Shown here: positions 1 through 9,201 of the stretch, piece by piece | How positions within the stretch are numbered: position 1 is the stretch's first letter | Layout of the letters: each line of letters begins with the position of its first letter | NCBI GenBank assembly: GCA_001823575.1 | Contig: MHUW01000017.1 | Coordinates: 1-63,474, forward strand | DNA length: 63,474 nucleotides | Reading direction: 5' to 3' | Origin: Candidatus Yonathbacteria bacterium RIFCSPLOWO2_01_FULL_47_33b | Lineage (GTDB): Bacteria > Patescibacteriota > Minisyncoccia > Phycocordibacterales > UBA1550 | Notes under the pieces: model-generated | What the model was told of the DNA's origin: nothing | What the model saw: only the letters and a program-made list of their open reading frames with translations | Database searches by the model: none | Position numbers and translations under genes: made by a program

Positions 1-51
1 TCCGTGGTAGAATATTGGTAAGTTTTATTAATTTTTTACTTGCCGCCCCGT

Positions 52-3000
52 ATGAATCACGTACCGTTACAAAAAAAAGGATTATCGTCCTTTTTCATTA
101 TCGCAGTAGTTGTTCTTTGTGTGACGTTTAATGTGAAAAATACGACAGCCGTATCACCGATTGATAACCTTCAGCCGGGTGAATGGTACGAGGTGCCAAA
201 CTCAAAAATTCGCGCGGTCCTTCCAAATCCTATTCCACCGGGTAACGGTCCAACAAATATCATCAAGGCATGGAACGGTGGTGCGTATGACACCAGACGC
301 GATAACTTCATCGTATGGGGTGGTGGACATGGTGATTATGCAGGTAATGAAATATACTCCTTTAATATAGGGACACTTCAATGGTCGCGTGCTTGGGGTC
401 CAAGTGCGAACGCTAGCATGGGGCTTCCGGGCACCCCTGTGTGTTCCGAGACATACACCGACGGCATGCCTGCGTCACGCCACACATATGGCGGTATCGA
501 GTTTTTACCTAATGTCGATAAATTTTTTAGTATGGGAGGTTCGTTGTGGTGTGGCCCTGGTAACCCAACAGGAAACGTTTGGACCTTTGATTTTTCAACA
601 CAAGGATGGACCCAGAAGGGAGCGATTACTCCTCTTGCTGGCAGATGGGGCGGTCTTGGGCTTGGTGTAAATACGGCCTATGATCCAAACACTGGACATT
701 TGTTTGCCACAAGTCCTGCAGCAGAACTTTTGGAATATGACCCCACTACGGATATATGGAAGCTGCGTGGCAACACTGCCGCAAAGTATTCTATGACCTC
801 GGCGATCGATTCAAAAAGGAAGCACATGGTCACTATCGGTAACGCCAGCACCTATGGTGTTATCGATACACCAGGTACAATTTACCGCTACAATCTTGCT
901 ACCGTTGGTACTATTACGCAGGAGAAAATTGTTTCAACAGGTGCTACTGAAATCCTTGTTGCTCCCGCGCCCGCTTTTCAGTACGATCCCGTGAGTGATC
1001 AGTATGTTGCATGGAAGGGTGGATCAGATATTTATACACTCAACCCTGACACCTTTGTTTGGACGAGGCGTCCTGCGGCAGCAACGAACACCGTGACTCC
1101 ATCCCAACCGACTGAGTGGGGGACATTTGGTCGATTCCGCTACATCCCTTCAAAGAACGCCTTCATTCTGGTGAATAGTATCGATCAGAATGTATACATT
1201 TATAAATTATCGCAAGGTGCGGGATCGACGGCACCAAGTACTCCTGTTGTGCCTATTGTGGCCCAAAGTGCTGACACTACAGCACCTACTGTTTCCATTA
1301 CAAGCCCGGGAACAGGTGCATCAATTTCTGGAACAATAACCGTTTCTGCAAGTGCTACTGATGCAGGTGGTATGACCGGTGTGCAGTTCAAAATCGATGG
1401 TGCTGTTTTGGGTGCCGAGGATACCACAAGTCCATACTCTGTTTCGCTAAATACGGCACTATTTTCAAACGGGGCACATTCACTGACGGCAATCGCACGC
1501 GACAAAGCAGGCAATCAAAAAACATCAGCAACAGTATCCGTAATTATTGCGAGTACGACAACAACCACTCCAGGAGCAAACACTACACCCCCTACAGAAA
1601 CACCAAGTATTTCTTATGGCACTACAACGGTAACACAAATAGATATTCCCAGTGGCGTATTTGTCGCGCTTGATAGGCCTGATCGTGGCAGGGGTGTTTC
1701 CGGGCTTACCAAGCACACCACATGGGCTCACAATCCTATTGACGGAAGAATGTACCAAACTGGTGGTGATTTTGCCGGTTCAGTAGGGCAGTCATCATAC
1801 CAACAGGAGTCATATTCGATTTCTATAGCTGAACGCTTTGCTAATAAAACAGACAAGAACGCTGGATGGCACAAGGAATACCCATATTGTAGTCCTGTTG
1901 GTGGTATACAGCCAAAGTCCCCCGACTTTGTTGGGTGGACGTGGGATTCGCTAAGAAAAGTTTTCTGGTTTGTCCCGGGACTTTCGGTTACACCCGGGTC
2001 TACGTTCTGCGCAGGGGAAACGACGACGGGGGCTAGTGATCCGCAGTATCTCTTTAATCACATAATGACCTTCAATCCTTTTGAGACTGACCTTGCAAAA
2101 CGGTGGAGTGATTACGATGCAAACCCAGGCCCCAATTATTATGCTACATGGCAGAGTGATTATGATTCTCAGACGGATACGTTGATACGATTTGGTACCA
2201 CAGGATGCTGTGGAGCAGTGGTAAATATTTACGACATTAAAACAAAAACATGGTCAGAATATAAGCTGGGGACGAATGCGCTCAATAAGGACATTCGTAT
2301 CTGGGGTGAAGGGCATGCCGCAGATATTCCAGGACGTGCTATTTACGTTATTGATGGAATCGCAGGAAGAATCTTCCGTTATAATATTGATCGACATAAC
2401 ATAACCGACCTCGGGCCGGTGCCTGGCGGGACTATTATCCACGGGGGAAGTAACGACACCTATCTTGCATGGGACCCGATTCATAAGATTGTATTTTTCT
2501 TCCGTGTAGACACGAACACTCTTCATATTTATCATCCAGACACCAACACATGGGAATCCCCTGCAATCGTCTCGAGCCCCCTCGGGATTACGCCACATAC
2601 GCGACACGGTATGGCGTTTGATCCGTACCAAAACGTTTTAGTGCTTTTTGGACACAACGATGAAGTGAACATCGATCCGTATATGTATCTCTATCGCTAC
2701 GCGTCTGGTGGCAACGCGCAATACACCGTAACCACGACGCCCCCTGCAAGCACCAACACAACCTCTACTGCAGGCACCACAGGGAGTACGGCAACGGTTG
2801 TCGACACAACTCCTCCCGCGGTAACTATTACAAATCCTTATTCCAATACCGTAGTTACGGGCACTATCGCTGTTATGGCAAATGCTTCTGACGCAAGCGG
2901 GATTGGTGGTGTGCAATTTATGATTGATACGATAGCTATGGGGGTCGAAGACGTTATAAGTCCCTATAGTCAGTTGTTGGATACGACGACGCTTTCGAAT

Positions 3001-4077
3001 GGTGTTCATGGTCTTACCGCAATTGCGCGTGACAAGGCAGGTAATAAAAAAGCATCAACAGCAGTGGTTATAAATGTTTCGAACGTCCTCTTGGGAACAA
3101 CAAGTGGAACAAAAGAACAAACTGTTACGACCGTAGCGCCATCTACTGGTGCCACAGGAAGTTCCTCAGGGGTATCCTCGGGGAATACTCAACAGACTGC
3201 CACTACGAATACTGCGTCTGCTACCAGCGGCTCAACATCAACAGGGAATACTTCCTCGGGAAGCATCCAGCAAACAACTTCCGCTACAAACACTTCAGGG
3301 GTAGGAACTTCAGGAGTAATTCCCCAAACATCAACACCATCAGTTTCAACTTCTAACAACCAAAGTAAGGCTACCCAGGTATACTCTGGAGGTGGAGCTC
3401 CTTCTCCTGTTAACCCTATGACCTATGGTTATTCTGGTGGCGGAAGCGTTGGCGTCTCATCACCAAGCGTCAATACGCAAGTAGGGCAAAGAAGCGCTGT
3501 CCTCTTCGAGAAGCCTCTATATCTTGGTTTGAAAGATCAAGAAGTAGTGCGTCTTCAACAGGTGCTGATTAGTAAGGGTTATTTGCCCTCAGGGAACGAT
3601 AGTGGATATTTTGGTGCGCTCACACACGAGTCGGTCAAGAGGTTCCAGTGTGATCAAAAGATTGTCTGTGGTGGTAATCCAAGTGATACCGGGTATGGGC
3701 TTGTAGGAAGTTCAACGAGAAGTAAATTAAACGAGATACTTATCGGCGGAGGTTCATCGAGTGACACGGCAGCAAAATCCGTTACGTTGCCCCAGGACTT
3801 ACCAGTACAGAGTTCTCCAGCTGCTTCTCAGAATATTTTTACTAAGCCATTATTCCCTGGTCTCCGTAATGTCGAGGTAAAGACTTTGCAAGATCTCCTT
3901 ATACGTTTTGGATATCTTAATGTATCGTCAACGGGGTATTTTGGTCCAGCAACACAAGAAGCTGTCAAGAAATTCCAGTGTGCTAAAGGGATAGTCTGTA
4001 GCGGAACCACAGGTACTACTGGGTATGGACTTGTGGGTAGTAAAACAAGAAGCAAGCTTAACGAATTACAAAAATAG
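52..4077 (+). CDS. Giant secreted/cell-surface protein: two Kelch/galactose-oxidase-like propeller regions each followed by an Ig-like domain, a Ser/Thr-rich linker, and two C-terminal peptidoglycan-binding repeats
   Basis: The track ORF is 40..4077, with an in-frame ATG at 52. There is an N-terminal hydrophobic anchor (LSSFFIIAVVVLCVTF). An internal duplication is visible: TAPTVSITSPG...HSLTAIARDKAGNQK vs TPPAVTITNPY...HGLTAIARDKAGNKK. Two C-terminal repeats (V..LQ..LI..GYL....GYFG..T...VK.FQC) resemble PG_binding_1. Confidence 0.7.
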   Translation: MNHVPLQKKGLSSFFIIAVVVLCVTFNVKNTTAVSPIDNLQPGEWYEVPNSKIRAVLPNPIPPGNGPTNIIKAWNGGAYDTRRDNFIVWGGGHGDYAGNEIYSFNIGTLQWSRAWGPSANASMGLPGTPVCSETYTDGMPASRHTYGGIEFLPNVDKFFSMGGSLWCGPGNPTGNVWTFDFSTQGWTQKGAITPLAGRWGGLGLGVNTAYDPNTGHLFATSPAAELLEYDPTTDIWKLRGNTAAKYSMTSAIDSKRKHMVTIGNASTYGVIDTPGTIYRYNLATVGTITQEKIVSTGATEILVAPAPAFQYDPVSDQYVAWKGGSDIYTLNPDTFVWTRRPAAATNTVTPSQPTEWGTFGRFRYIPSKNAFILVNSIDQNVYIYKLSQGAGSTAPSTPVVPIVAQSADTTAPTVSITSPGTGASISGTITVSASATDAGGMTGVQFKIDGAVLGAEDTTSPYSVSLNTALFSNGAHSLTAIARDKAGNQKTSATVSVIIASTTTTTPGANTTPPTETPSISYGTTTVTQIDIPSGVFVALDRPDRGRGVSGLTKHTTWAHNPIDGRMYQTGGDFAGSVGQSSYQQESYSISIAERFANKTDKNAGWHKEYPYCSPVGGIQPKSPDFVGWTWDSLRKVFWFVPGLSVTPGSTFCAGETTTGASDPQYLFNHIMTFNPFETDLAKRWSDYDANPGPNYYATWQSDYDSQTDTLIRFGTTGCCGAVVNIYDIKTKTWSEYKLGTNALNKDIRIWGEGHAADIPGRAIYVIDGIAGRIFRYNIDRHNITDLGPVPGGTIIHGGSNDTYLAWDPIHKIVFFFRVDTNTLHIYHPDTNTWESPAIVSSPLGITPHTRHGMAFDPYQNVLVLFGHNDEVNIDPYMYLYRYASGGNAQYTVTTTPPASTNTTSTAGTTGSTATVVDTTPPAVTITNPYSNTVVTGTIAVMANASDASGIGGVQFMIDTIAMGVEDVISPYSQLLDTTTLSNGVHGLTAIARDKAGNKKASTAVVINVSNVLLGTTSGTKEQTVTTVAPSTGATGSSSGVSSGNTQQTATTNTASATSGSTSTGNTSSGSIQQTTSATNTSGVGTSGVIPQTSTPSVSTSNNQSKATQVYSGGGAPSPVNPMTYGYSGGGSVGVSSPSVNTQVGQRSAVLFEKPLYLGLKDQEVVRLQQVLISKGYLPSGNDSGYFGALTHESVKRFQCDQKIVCGGNPSDTGYGLVGSSTRSKLNEILIGGGSSSDTAAKSVTLPQDLPVQSSPAASQNIFTKPLFPGLRNVEVKTLQDLLIRFGYLNVSSTGYFGPATQEAVKKFQCAKGIVCSGTTGTTGYGLVGSKTRSKLNELQK

Positions 4078-4155
4078 TCAAATGAGGGGCGGGTGTGATA
4101 CCATATTCTCATAAAGATTTGTGTGCATTACCAGAGATAATTATTGACCATACAT

Positions 4156-4740
4156 ATGTACGAAGCAAAAAATTTCGAAGGGTTACTGGGTACAGAGGGA
4201 TTTTCAGATATTCTTTTACGCAACCACTTCACGCTTTACGAGGGATATGTATCAAACACCAACAAGGTCGCTGACCTTTTAAAGACGGCAGAAGTAGGGA
4301 CACCGCAATATAATGAGCTCAAGCGCCGTTTTGGCTGGGAGTGGGATGGTATGCGCCTTCATGAGTTTTACTTCAGCAACATGATTAAAGGAGGAATTGC
4401 ACTCGATAAAAAAAATAGTCTCGCAAAAAAGATTGAAGAAGACTTCGGGTCGTTCGAAGCATGGGAAAAAGATTTTAAGGGCACTGGTGCAATGCGTGGT
4501 ATTGGCTGGGCGATGCTCGTGCGTGACACAGAAACAGGACGCCTCTTTAACGTCTGGGTGAATGAGCACGACGGGGGGCACCTTGTCGGCAGTACGCCAC
4601 TTTTAGTTATGGATGTTTTTGAACACGCATTCGCGCTCGACCACGGACTCAAGCGTGCGGATTATATTACGGCATTTTGGAACGCCATTGATTGGAGTGT
4701 GGTAAGCGCACGATTTGCCCCCACACCTATTCGTGCATAG
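4156..4740 (+). CDS. Fe/Mn superoxide dismutase family protein
   Basis: The C-terminal motif MDVFEHAFALDHG...ADYITAFWNAIDW resembles the D-x-W-E-H-A-Y-Y-L SOD signature, and the length is typical. The ATG at 4156 lies inside track ORF 4144..4740. Confidence 0.7.
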   Translation: MYEAKNFEGLLGTEGFSDILLRNHFTLYEGYVSNTNKVADLLKTAEVGTPQYNELKRRFGWEWDGMRLHEFYFSNMIKGGIALDKKNSLAKKIEEDFGSFEAWEKDFKGTGAMRGIGWAMLVRDTETGRLFNVWVNEHDGGHLVGSTPLLVMDVFEHAFALDHGLKRADYITAFWNAIDWSVVSARFAPTPIRA

Positions 4741-4847
4741 CTTTTGTTCTGCTATTTTGCAGGGTTGAGATTTAAAAATAAGTAATGATAAAGTTCCCGC
4801 AGGCTACCTATCTCAAAAGCAGAACAATGCACGAATAGGTGTGGGGG
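4718..4847. repeat. Long inverted repeat: the last 21+ nt of the SOD CDS are repeated in inverted orientation about 70 nt downstream
   Basis: The left arm is cccccacacctattcgtgcat(agctt)ttgttctgc at 4718-4752. The right arm is gcagaacaatgcacgaataggtgtggggg at 4819-4847. The 21-nt core match is perfect. Confidence 0.8.
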
Positions 4848-4887
4848 TTTGCAGGGAAATAGGAGACGCGGTACTATAGAAGAGAAT

Positions 4888-5742
4888 ATGGAACACTTAA
4901 CAAAATCACAAATTGTCCTCCTCACACTCTTTGTGAGCTTCGTCTCGTCTATGGCCACAGGTATTGTGGTGGTAACCCTCATGCAACAAGCGCCAGAGCC
5001 AATATTGCAGAGTATTACGAACGTTGTTGAGCGCACCATAGAAAAGGTAACCCCAACTATTATTGAAAAACCCGGCAAACAGGTCATTATTAAGGACGAA
5101 GACCTCATGGTTGCCGCAATAGAGCGTAATGCCAAGAGCGTCGTTGCGCTAAGGATTGCAGGTGAAGACGGCGAGATGCATTCAGCAGGCATTGGAACAA
5201 TCGTTTCAAAGGATGGTCTCATTGTCACCGATAAAGGGAATTTTGGTGGTGGCGTCGTAATGGCGACCGTTGACGGTGTCTCGTATGCGCTTGAAGTTGT
5301 TTCCAATGAAAAGCCCGGGAAATTAGGTTTAGGTAAACTTACTCCAGTAAAACCACTTGCTACATCGACACCAGCGGCAACCTTTATCCCCGTTGTATTA
5401 GGAGATGCATCTACGCTCAAAGTAGGACAGACTGCTATTGTGATTGGAGGACGTGACGGCAAGACGATTGCTACAGGACTGATTTCAAGTCTCGATATCC
5501 GCACGGTGACCGACAAAGAAACTAATGTTGAAACAAAATTCCTTGATGGATTCGGTCTTTCTCAACGTCTCTCGGGTTCCTCGAACGGCGCCCCCGTCAT
5601 TACTCTTGAAGGGGTAGTCGTGGGATTTGCGAGCGTTGATGAGTCTGTGGGGACTCAGGTTGCTATCCCCGCAGCTGAAGCACAGGCTCTACTTGCAGCG
5701 CAAGTTGCCCCCGCACCAGCGGCAGCAAAAAAAACACGCTAG
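4888..5742 (+). CDS. Membrane-anchored trypsin-like (HtrA/S1C-like) domain protein; catalytic residues uncertain
   Basis: There is an N-terminal TM helix (IVLLTLFVSFVSSMATGIVVV). It has HtrA-like blocks SAGIGTIVSKDGLIVTDKG and GSSNGAPVITLEGVVVGF. The expected His after the first block is not evident. Confidence 0.4.
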   Translation: MEHLTKSQIVLLTLFVSFVSSMATGIVVVTLMQQAPEPILQSITNVVERTIEKVTPTIIEKPGKQVIIKDEDLMVAAIERNAKSVVALRIAGEDGEMHSAGIGTIVSKDGLIVTDKGNFGGGVVMATVDGVSYALEVVSNEKPGKLGLGKLTPVKPLATSTPAATFIPVVLGDASTLKVGQTAIVIGGRDGKTIATGLISSLDIRTVTDKETNVETKFLDGFGLSQRLSGSSNGAPVITLEGVVVGFASVDESVGTQVAIPAAEAQALLAAQVAPAPAAAKKTR

Positions 5743-5813
5743 GTAGAGCCTCGCGCCAAAGTTGACAGTGTATCACCCCTATGGTACTACATAAACATAA
5801 TCCTTAAGAACAT

Positions 5814-8501
5814 ATGCCGCCATTTAACAATTTCACTACCAAAGCACGCGATGTGATTCGCCGAGCCCACGAGCTTGCTGTGGAGCGCGGACAGAATCAC
5901 GTAAACCCGACACATCTTCTCACCGCACTCGTCCTTGATGATGAGAGTGTTGTCATCTCTATTCTCGATCGCCTCGAGGTGGACTCGATGGCGCTTGCTG
6001 AAGCGATTCTTGATCAAATAGAACCCTCAGCCTCTCAGAATGTTGCGTCAGCATCTTACCAACTTTATCTCACGCCCGAGCTTGGGCAAATCCTTGGCGA
6101 AGCAGCACCGCGCATTGCACAAGAAATGAAGGACGAACAGATTTCTTGCGAGCACCTTTTCCTCGCACTCTTTGATGTTCCTGGACAGGCACGTGAGTTT
6201 TTGATGCGCTACAATATTGACCGTGACAGCGTGATGACCGTACTTGATGAATTCCGTGCGCAGAATATTACGGATAGCACGCCGTCAAAAAAGCTCAAGT
6301 CTATTTATAAGTACACACGCAATCTTACGGCACTGGCGAGCCAGGACAAGCTCGACCCGGTCATTGGTCGCGACAACGAGATTGGACGTATCGTTCAGAT
6401 TCTTTCGCGCCGTACCAAGAACAACCCGATTCTTATCGGTGAAGCTGGTGTTGGGAAAACAGCCGTAGTAGAGGGCTTGGCTATTCGTATGGCAAAGGGT
6501 GATGTACCCGAGTCACTCAAAGACAAAGAGCTCGTATCTCTTGACCTCGGTGCGCTCATTGCGGGAACAAAATATCGCGGTGAGTTTGAGGATCGCTTGA
6601 AGAAGATCATGAAGGAGATTGAACGCTCGGAGGGGAAGATTATTCTCTTTATTGACGAGATTCATACTATCGTAGGGGCTGGTGCCGCCGAGGGTTCGAT
6701 GGACGCATCCAATATGTTGAAACCTGCGCTTGCGCGTGGAGAGCTCCGTGCTATTGGCGCTACCACACTTCGCGAATACCAGAAGCATATTGAAAAAGAT
6801 CCCGCTTTGACGCGTCGTTTTCAGCCGGTGCATGTGAATGAGCCGACCCCTGAGGATGCCATTGCCATTCTTCGTGGCCTCAAGGAAAAGTATGAGCTCT
6901 TCCACGGTGTGCACGTTACCGATGATGCTATTATTGCCGCGGTCAACCTCTCTAGTCGTTATATTACCGACCGATTTTTACCCGACAAGGCCGTAGACCT
7001 TATTGATGAGGCAGCCTCGGCACTCCGTATTTCACTTGAGAATAAACCTCCCGTACTCGAGGATGCACACCGTCGCATCATGCGTCTTGAGATTGAAAAA
7101 GAGGCACTTAAAAAAGAATCTGGCGCAGAAGGGGACACGGGTAAAAATGCTAAAGCACGCACCAAAAAGATCGATAAAGAAATCGGCGACCTCCGTGAAA
7201 AGACGCGCGAGATAGAAATGAAATGGAAGAATGAGAAGGAGCTCGTGGTGGATATTCGTGATATCAAAAAGCAGATGGAAGCGTCGCGCCTCGAAGCAGA
7301 GACCGCTGAAATGAAAGCAGACCTTGCTGTTGCGGCGGAGATTCGCTATGGCCGTATTCCCGCACTCGAAAAGGATCTTGCAACAAAATCATCACGCTTA
7401 AAGAAGCTCCAGTCTTCGCGCCGCATTTTGAAAGAAGAAGTGATGGAGCAGGACATCGCGGAGGTGGTTGCACGTTGGACAGGAATCCCAGTGACCAAGA
7501 TGCTTGAAGAAGAAGCAGGGAAGCTTGCGCATATGGATAAGGAGCTCGAAAAGCGCGTGGTGGGGCAAGTAGATGCCATCCAAAAGGTCGCTGATGCCGT
7601 CAAACGCTCACGCGCGGGTATTGCCGACCCTAACCGCCCCATCGGCTCATTCCTCTTTTTGGGACCTACGGGCGTCGGTAAAACCGAGCTCTCGAAGGCG
7701 CTTGCTCAGTTTATGTTCAACGACGACAAAGCGCTCATTCGCGTCGATATGTCGGAGTATATGGAAAAGCATTCCGTCTCAAAGATGATTGGCTCACCTC
7801 CTGGGTATGTTGGTCACGAAGAGAGTGGTAGTCTCACGGAGACCGTGCGTCATCGTCCATACTCAGTACTTCTCTTTGACGAAATCGAAAAGGCACACCC
7901 CGAGGTGTTCAATATTCTTCTTCAGGTTCTCGACAACGGCCACCTCACTGATTCAAAAGGTCGTGTGGTCAACTTCAAGAACACGGTTATTATTTTGACC
8001 TCAAACATTGGTTCGCAATATATCGACAAAATGCAGGCGATTGGTTTTGGTTCGCACGCAAGCGACAAGGCTGATTATGCAGATGCAAAAGACCGCGTGA
8101 TGGGCTCGCTCAAGGACTTCTTCAGACCCGAGTTCCTAAACCGCCTCGATGAGATTATTATCTTCGATATTTTGTCGCCAGAGGTTATTCAGGAGATTGT
8201 TAAACTTCAAATTGATATCGTAAAGAAGCGCCTTGCAGAAAAAGAGATTGTGCTCGATGTTGCCTCTGATGTCCTCGCATATCTCGGAGAAAAGGGGTAC
8301 GATCCGCACTATGGAGCACGCCCACTCAAGCGCCTCATCCAGAGCAAGATACTTACTCCCGTGGCGTCGTTTATGATTGCGCAAGGGATGCTCAAGGGTG
8401 GCAGGGTAGCCGTCACGATGGAAAAAGGCGAGATTGCAATCCGTGTGGAGAAGAAATCCACTCTCAAGCAACGAGTTCGTGCAAAGGCAGAGGTGGTATA
8501 G
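5814..8501 (+). CDS. clpB: ATP-dependent chaperone ClpB
   Basis: The protein is 895 aa with a Clp_N repeat and two AAA+ modules (GEAGVGKTA and GPTGVGKTE). A long coiled-coil middle domain is present, as is the C-terminal block [10 protein letters not shown]. Confidence 0.95.
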   Translation: MPPFNNFTTKARDVIRRAHELAVERGQNHVNPTHLLTALVLDDESVVISILDRLEVDSMALAEAILDQIEPSASQNVASASYQLYLTPELGQILGEAAPRIAQEMKDEQISCEHLFLALFDVPGQAREFLMRYNIDRDSVMTVLDEFRAQNITDSTPSKKLKSIYKYTRNLTALASQDKLDPVIGRDNEIGRIVQILSRRTKNNPILIGEAGVGKTAVVEGLAIRMAKGDVPESLKDKELVSLDLGALIAGTKYRGEFEDRLKKIMKEIERSEGKIILFIDEIHTIVGAGAAEGSMDASNMLKPALARGELRAIGATTLREYQKHIEKDPALTRRFQPVHVNEPTPEDAIAILRGLKEKYELFHGVHVTDDAIIAAVNLSSRYITDRFLPDKAVDLIDEAASALRISLENKPPVLEDAHRRIMRLEIEKEALKKESGAEGDTGKNAKARTKKIDKEIGDLREKTREIEMKWKNEKELVVDIRDIKKQMEASRLEAETAEMKADLAVAAEIRYGRIPALEKDLATKSSRLKKLQSSRRILKEEVMEQDIAEVVARWTGIPVTKMLEEEAGKLAHMDKELEKRVVGQVDAIQKVADAVKRSRAGIADPNRPIGSFLFLGPTGVGKTELSKALAQFMFNDDKALIRVDMSEYMEKHSVSKMIGSPPGYVGHEESGSLTETVRHRPYSVLLFDEIEKAHPEVFNILLQVLDNGHLTDSKGRVVNFKNTVIILTSNIGSQYIDKMQAIGFGSHASDKADYADAKDRVMGSLKDFFRPEFLNRLDEIIIFDILSPEVIQEIVKLQIDIVKKRLAEKEIVLDVASDVLAYLGEKGYDPHYGARPLKRLIQSKILTPVASFMIAQGMLKGGRVAVTMEKGEIAIRVEKKSTLKQRVRAKAEVV

Positions 8502-8583
8502 GTGCCTGTTCTGTAAGCCAAGGCTATATATACTAGTTTCTGTTTTCTTTAGTAAAGACAACAGAGCATGCTATCATATAGTT

Positions 8584-9201
8584 ATGGTGACTACCGATGA
8601 CAAAAAACTGAACCTTGTAAAACAGCTATATTCTCAAGAGCAGTATTCAATGAGAGAGGTTGGCGAAAAGCTCGACATGTCTCTCGACGCAGTGGTTTAT
8701 TTTATGCGCAAACACAATTTAAAGCGAAGAACACTGAAAGAAGAAAGTGTTCTTCGCTTTAGAAATAAACCACTGTCGTATTGTTTGCAAGAAAATTTGA
8801 CGACAGAGCAGGAAAAGTTGAAGATGGTTGGTGTTGCTTTGTATTGGGGTGAAGGATACAAAACAGAAAAAAGTAGCGGTATCGATCTTGCGAACAGTGA
8901 CGTTTCCATGGTACTTGTTTTTCTGTGTTTTCTACGAGAAATATGTGGAATTGATGAGAAAAGATTGCGTGTTCTTTTGTACTGTTATTCAAATCAAGAT
9001 TCTAAAAAACTTATGAATTTTTGGAGTAAAGTAACAAAAATTCCCATGAAGCAGTTTACAAAACCATATGTGCGTAAAGATTTCAATCCGGCTATGCTGG
9101 ACAAGATGCCTTATGGTATGATACATATAAGGTATTCCGATAAGAAGCTACTTGCTGTGGTCAAGAAGTGGATAGGGGATATTAAAATAAGATATGCGTA
9201 A
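8584..9201 (+). CDS. HTH plus LAGLIDADG-like domain protein
   Basis: The ATG at 8584 avoids overlap with clpB. It has the motif GVALYWGEGYK and an N-terminal HTH-like segment. Its stop codon (9199-9201) lies inside the acceptor stem of tRNA-Tyr. Confidence 0.5.
   Translation: MVTTDDKKLNLVKQLYSQEQYSMREVGEKLDMSLDAVVYFMRKHNLKRRTLKEESVLRFRNKPLSYCLQENLTTEQEKLKMVGVALYWGEGYKTEKSSGIDLANSDVSMVLVFLCFLREICGIDEKRLRVLLYCYSNQDSKKLMNFWSKVTKIPMKQFTKPYVRKDFNPAMLDKMPYGMIHIRYSDKKLLAVVKKWIGDIKIRYA

Noticed and set aside
5787-8561. There are many 60-140-aa ORFs antisense to, or out of frame within, clpB. The same occurs inside the atp genes, the surface protein, phoH, the T4CP-like genes and others.
   Set aside because: They are fully nested in long, motif-rich genes. 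Their composition is low-complexity or biased, and they lack RBS or motif support, so they are treated as spurious frame shadows.
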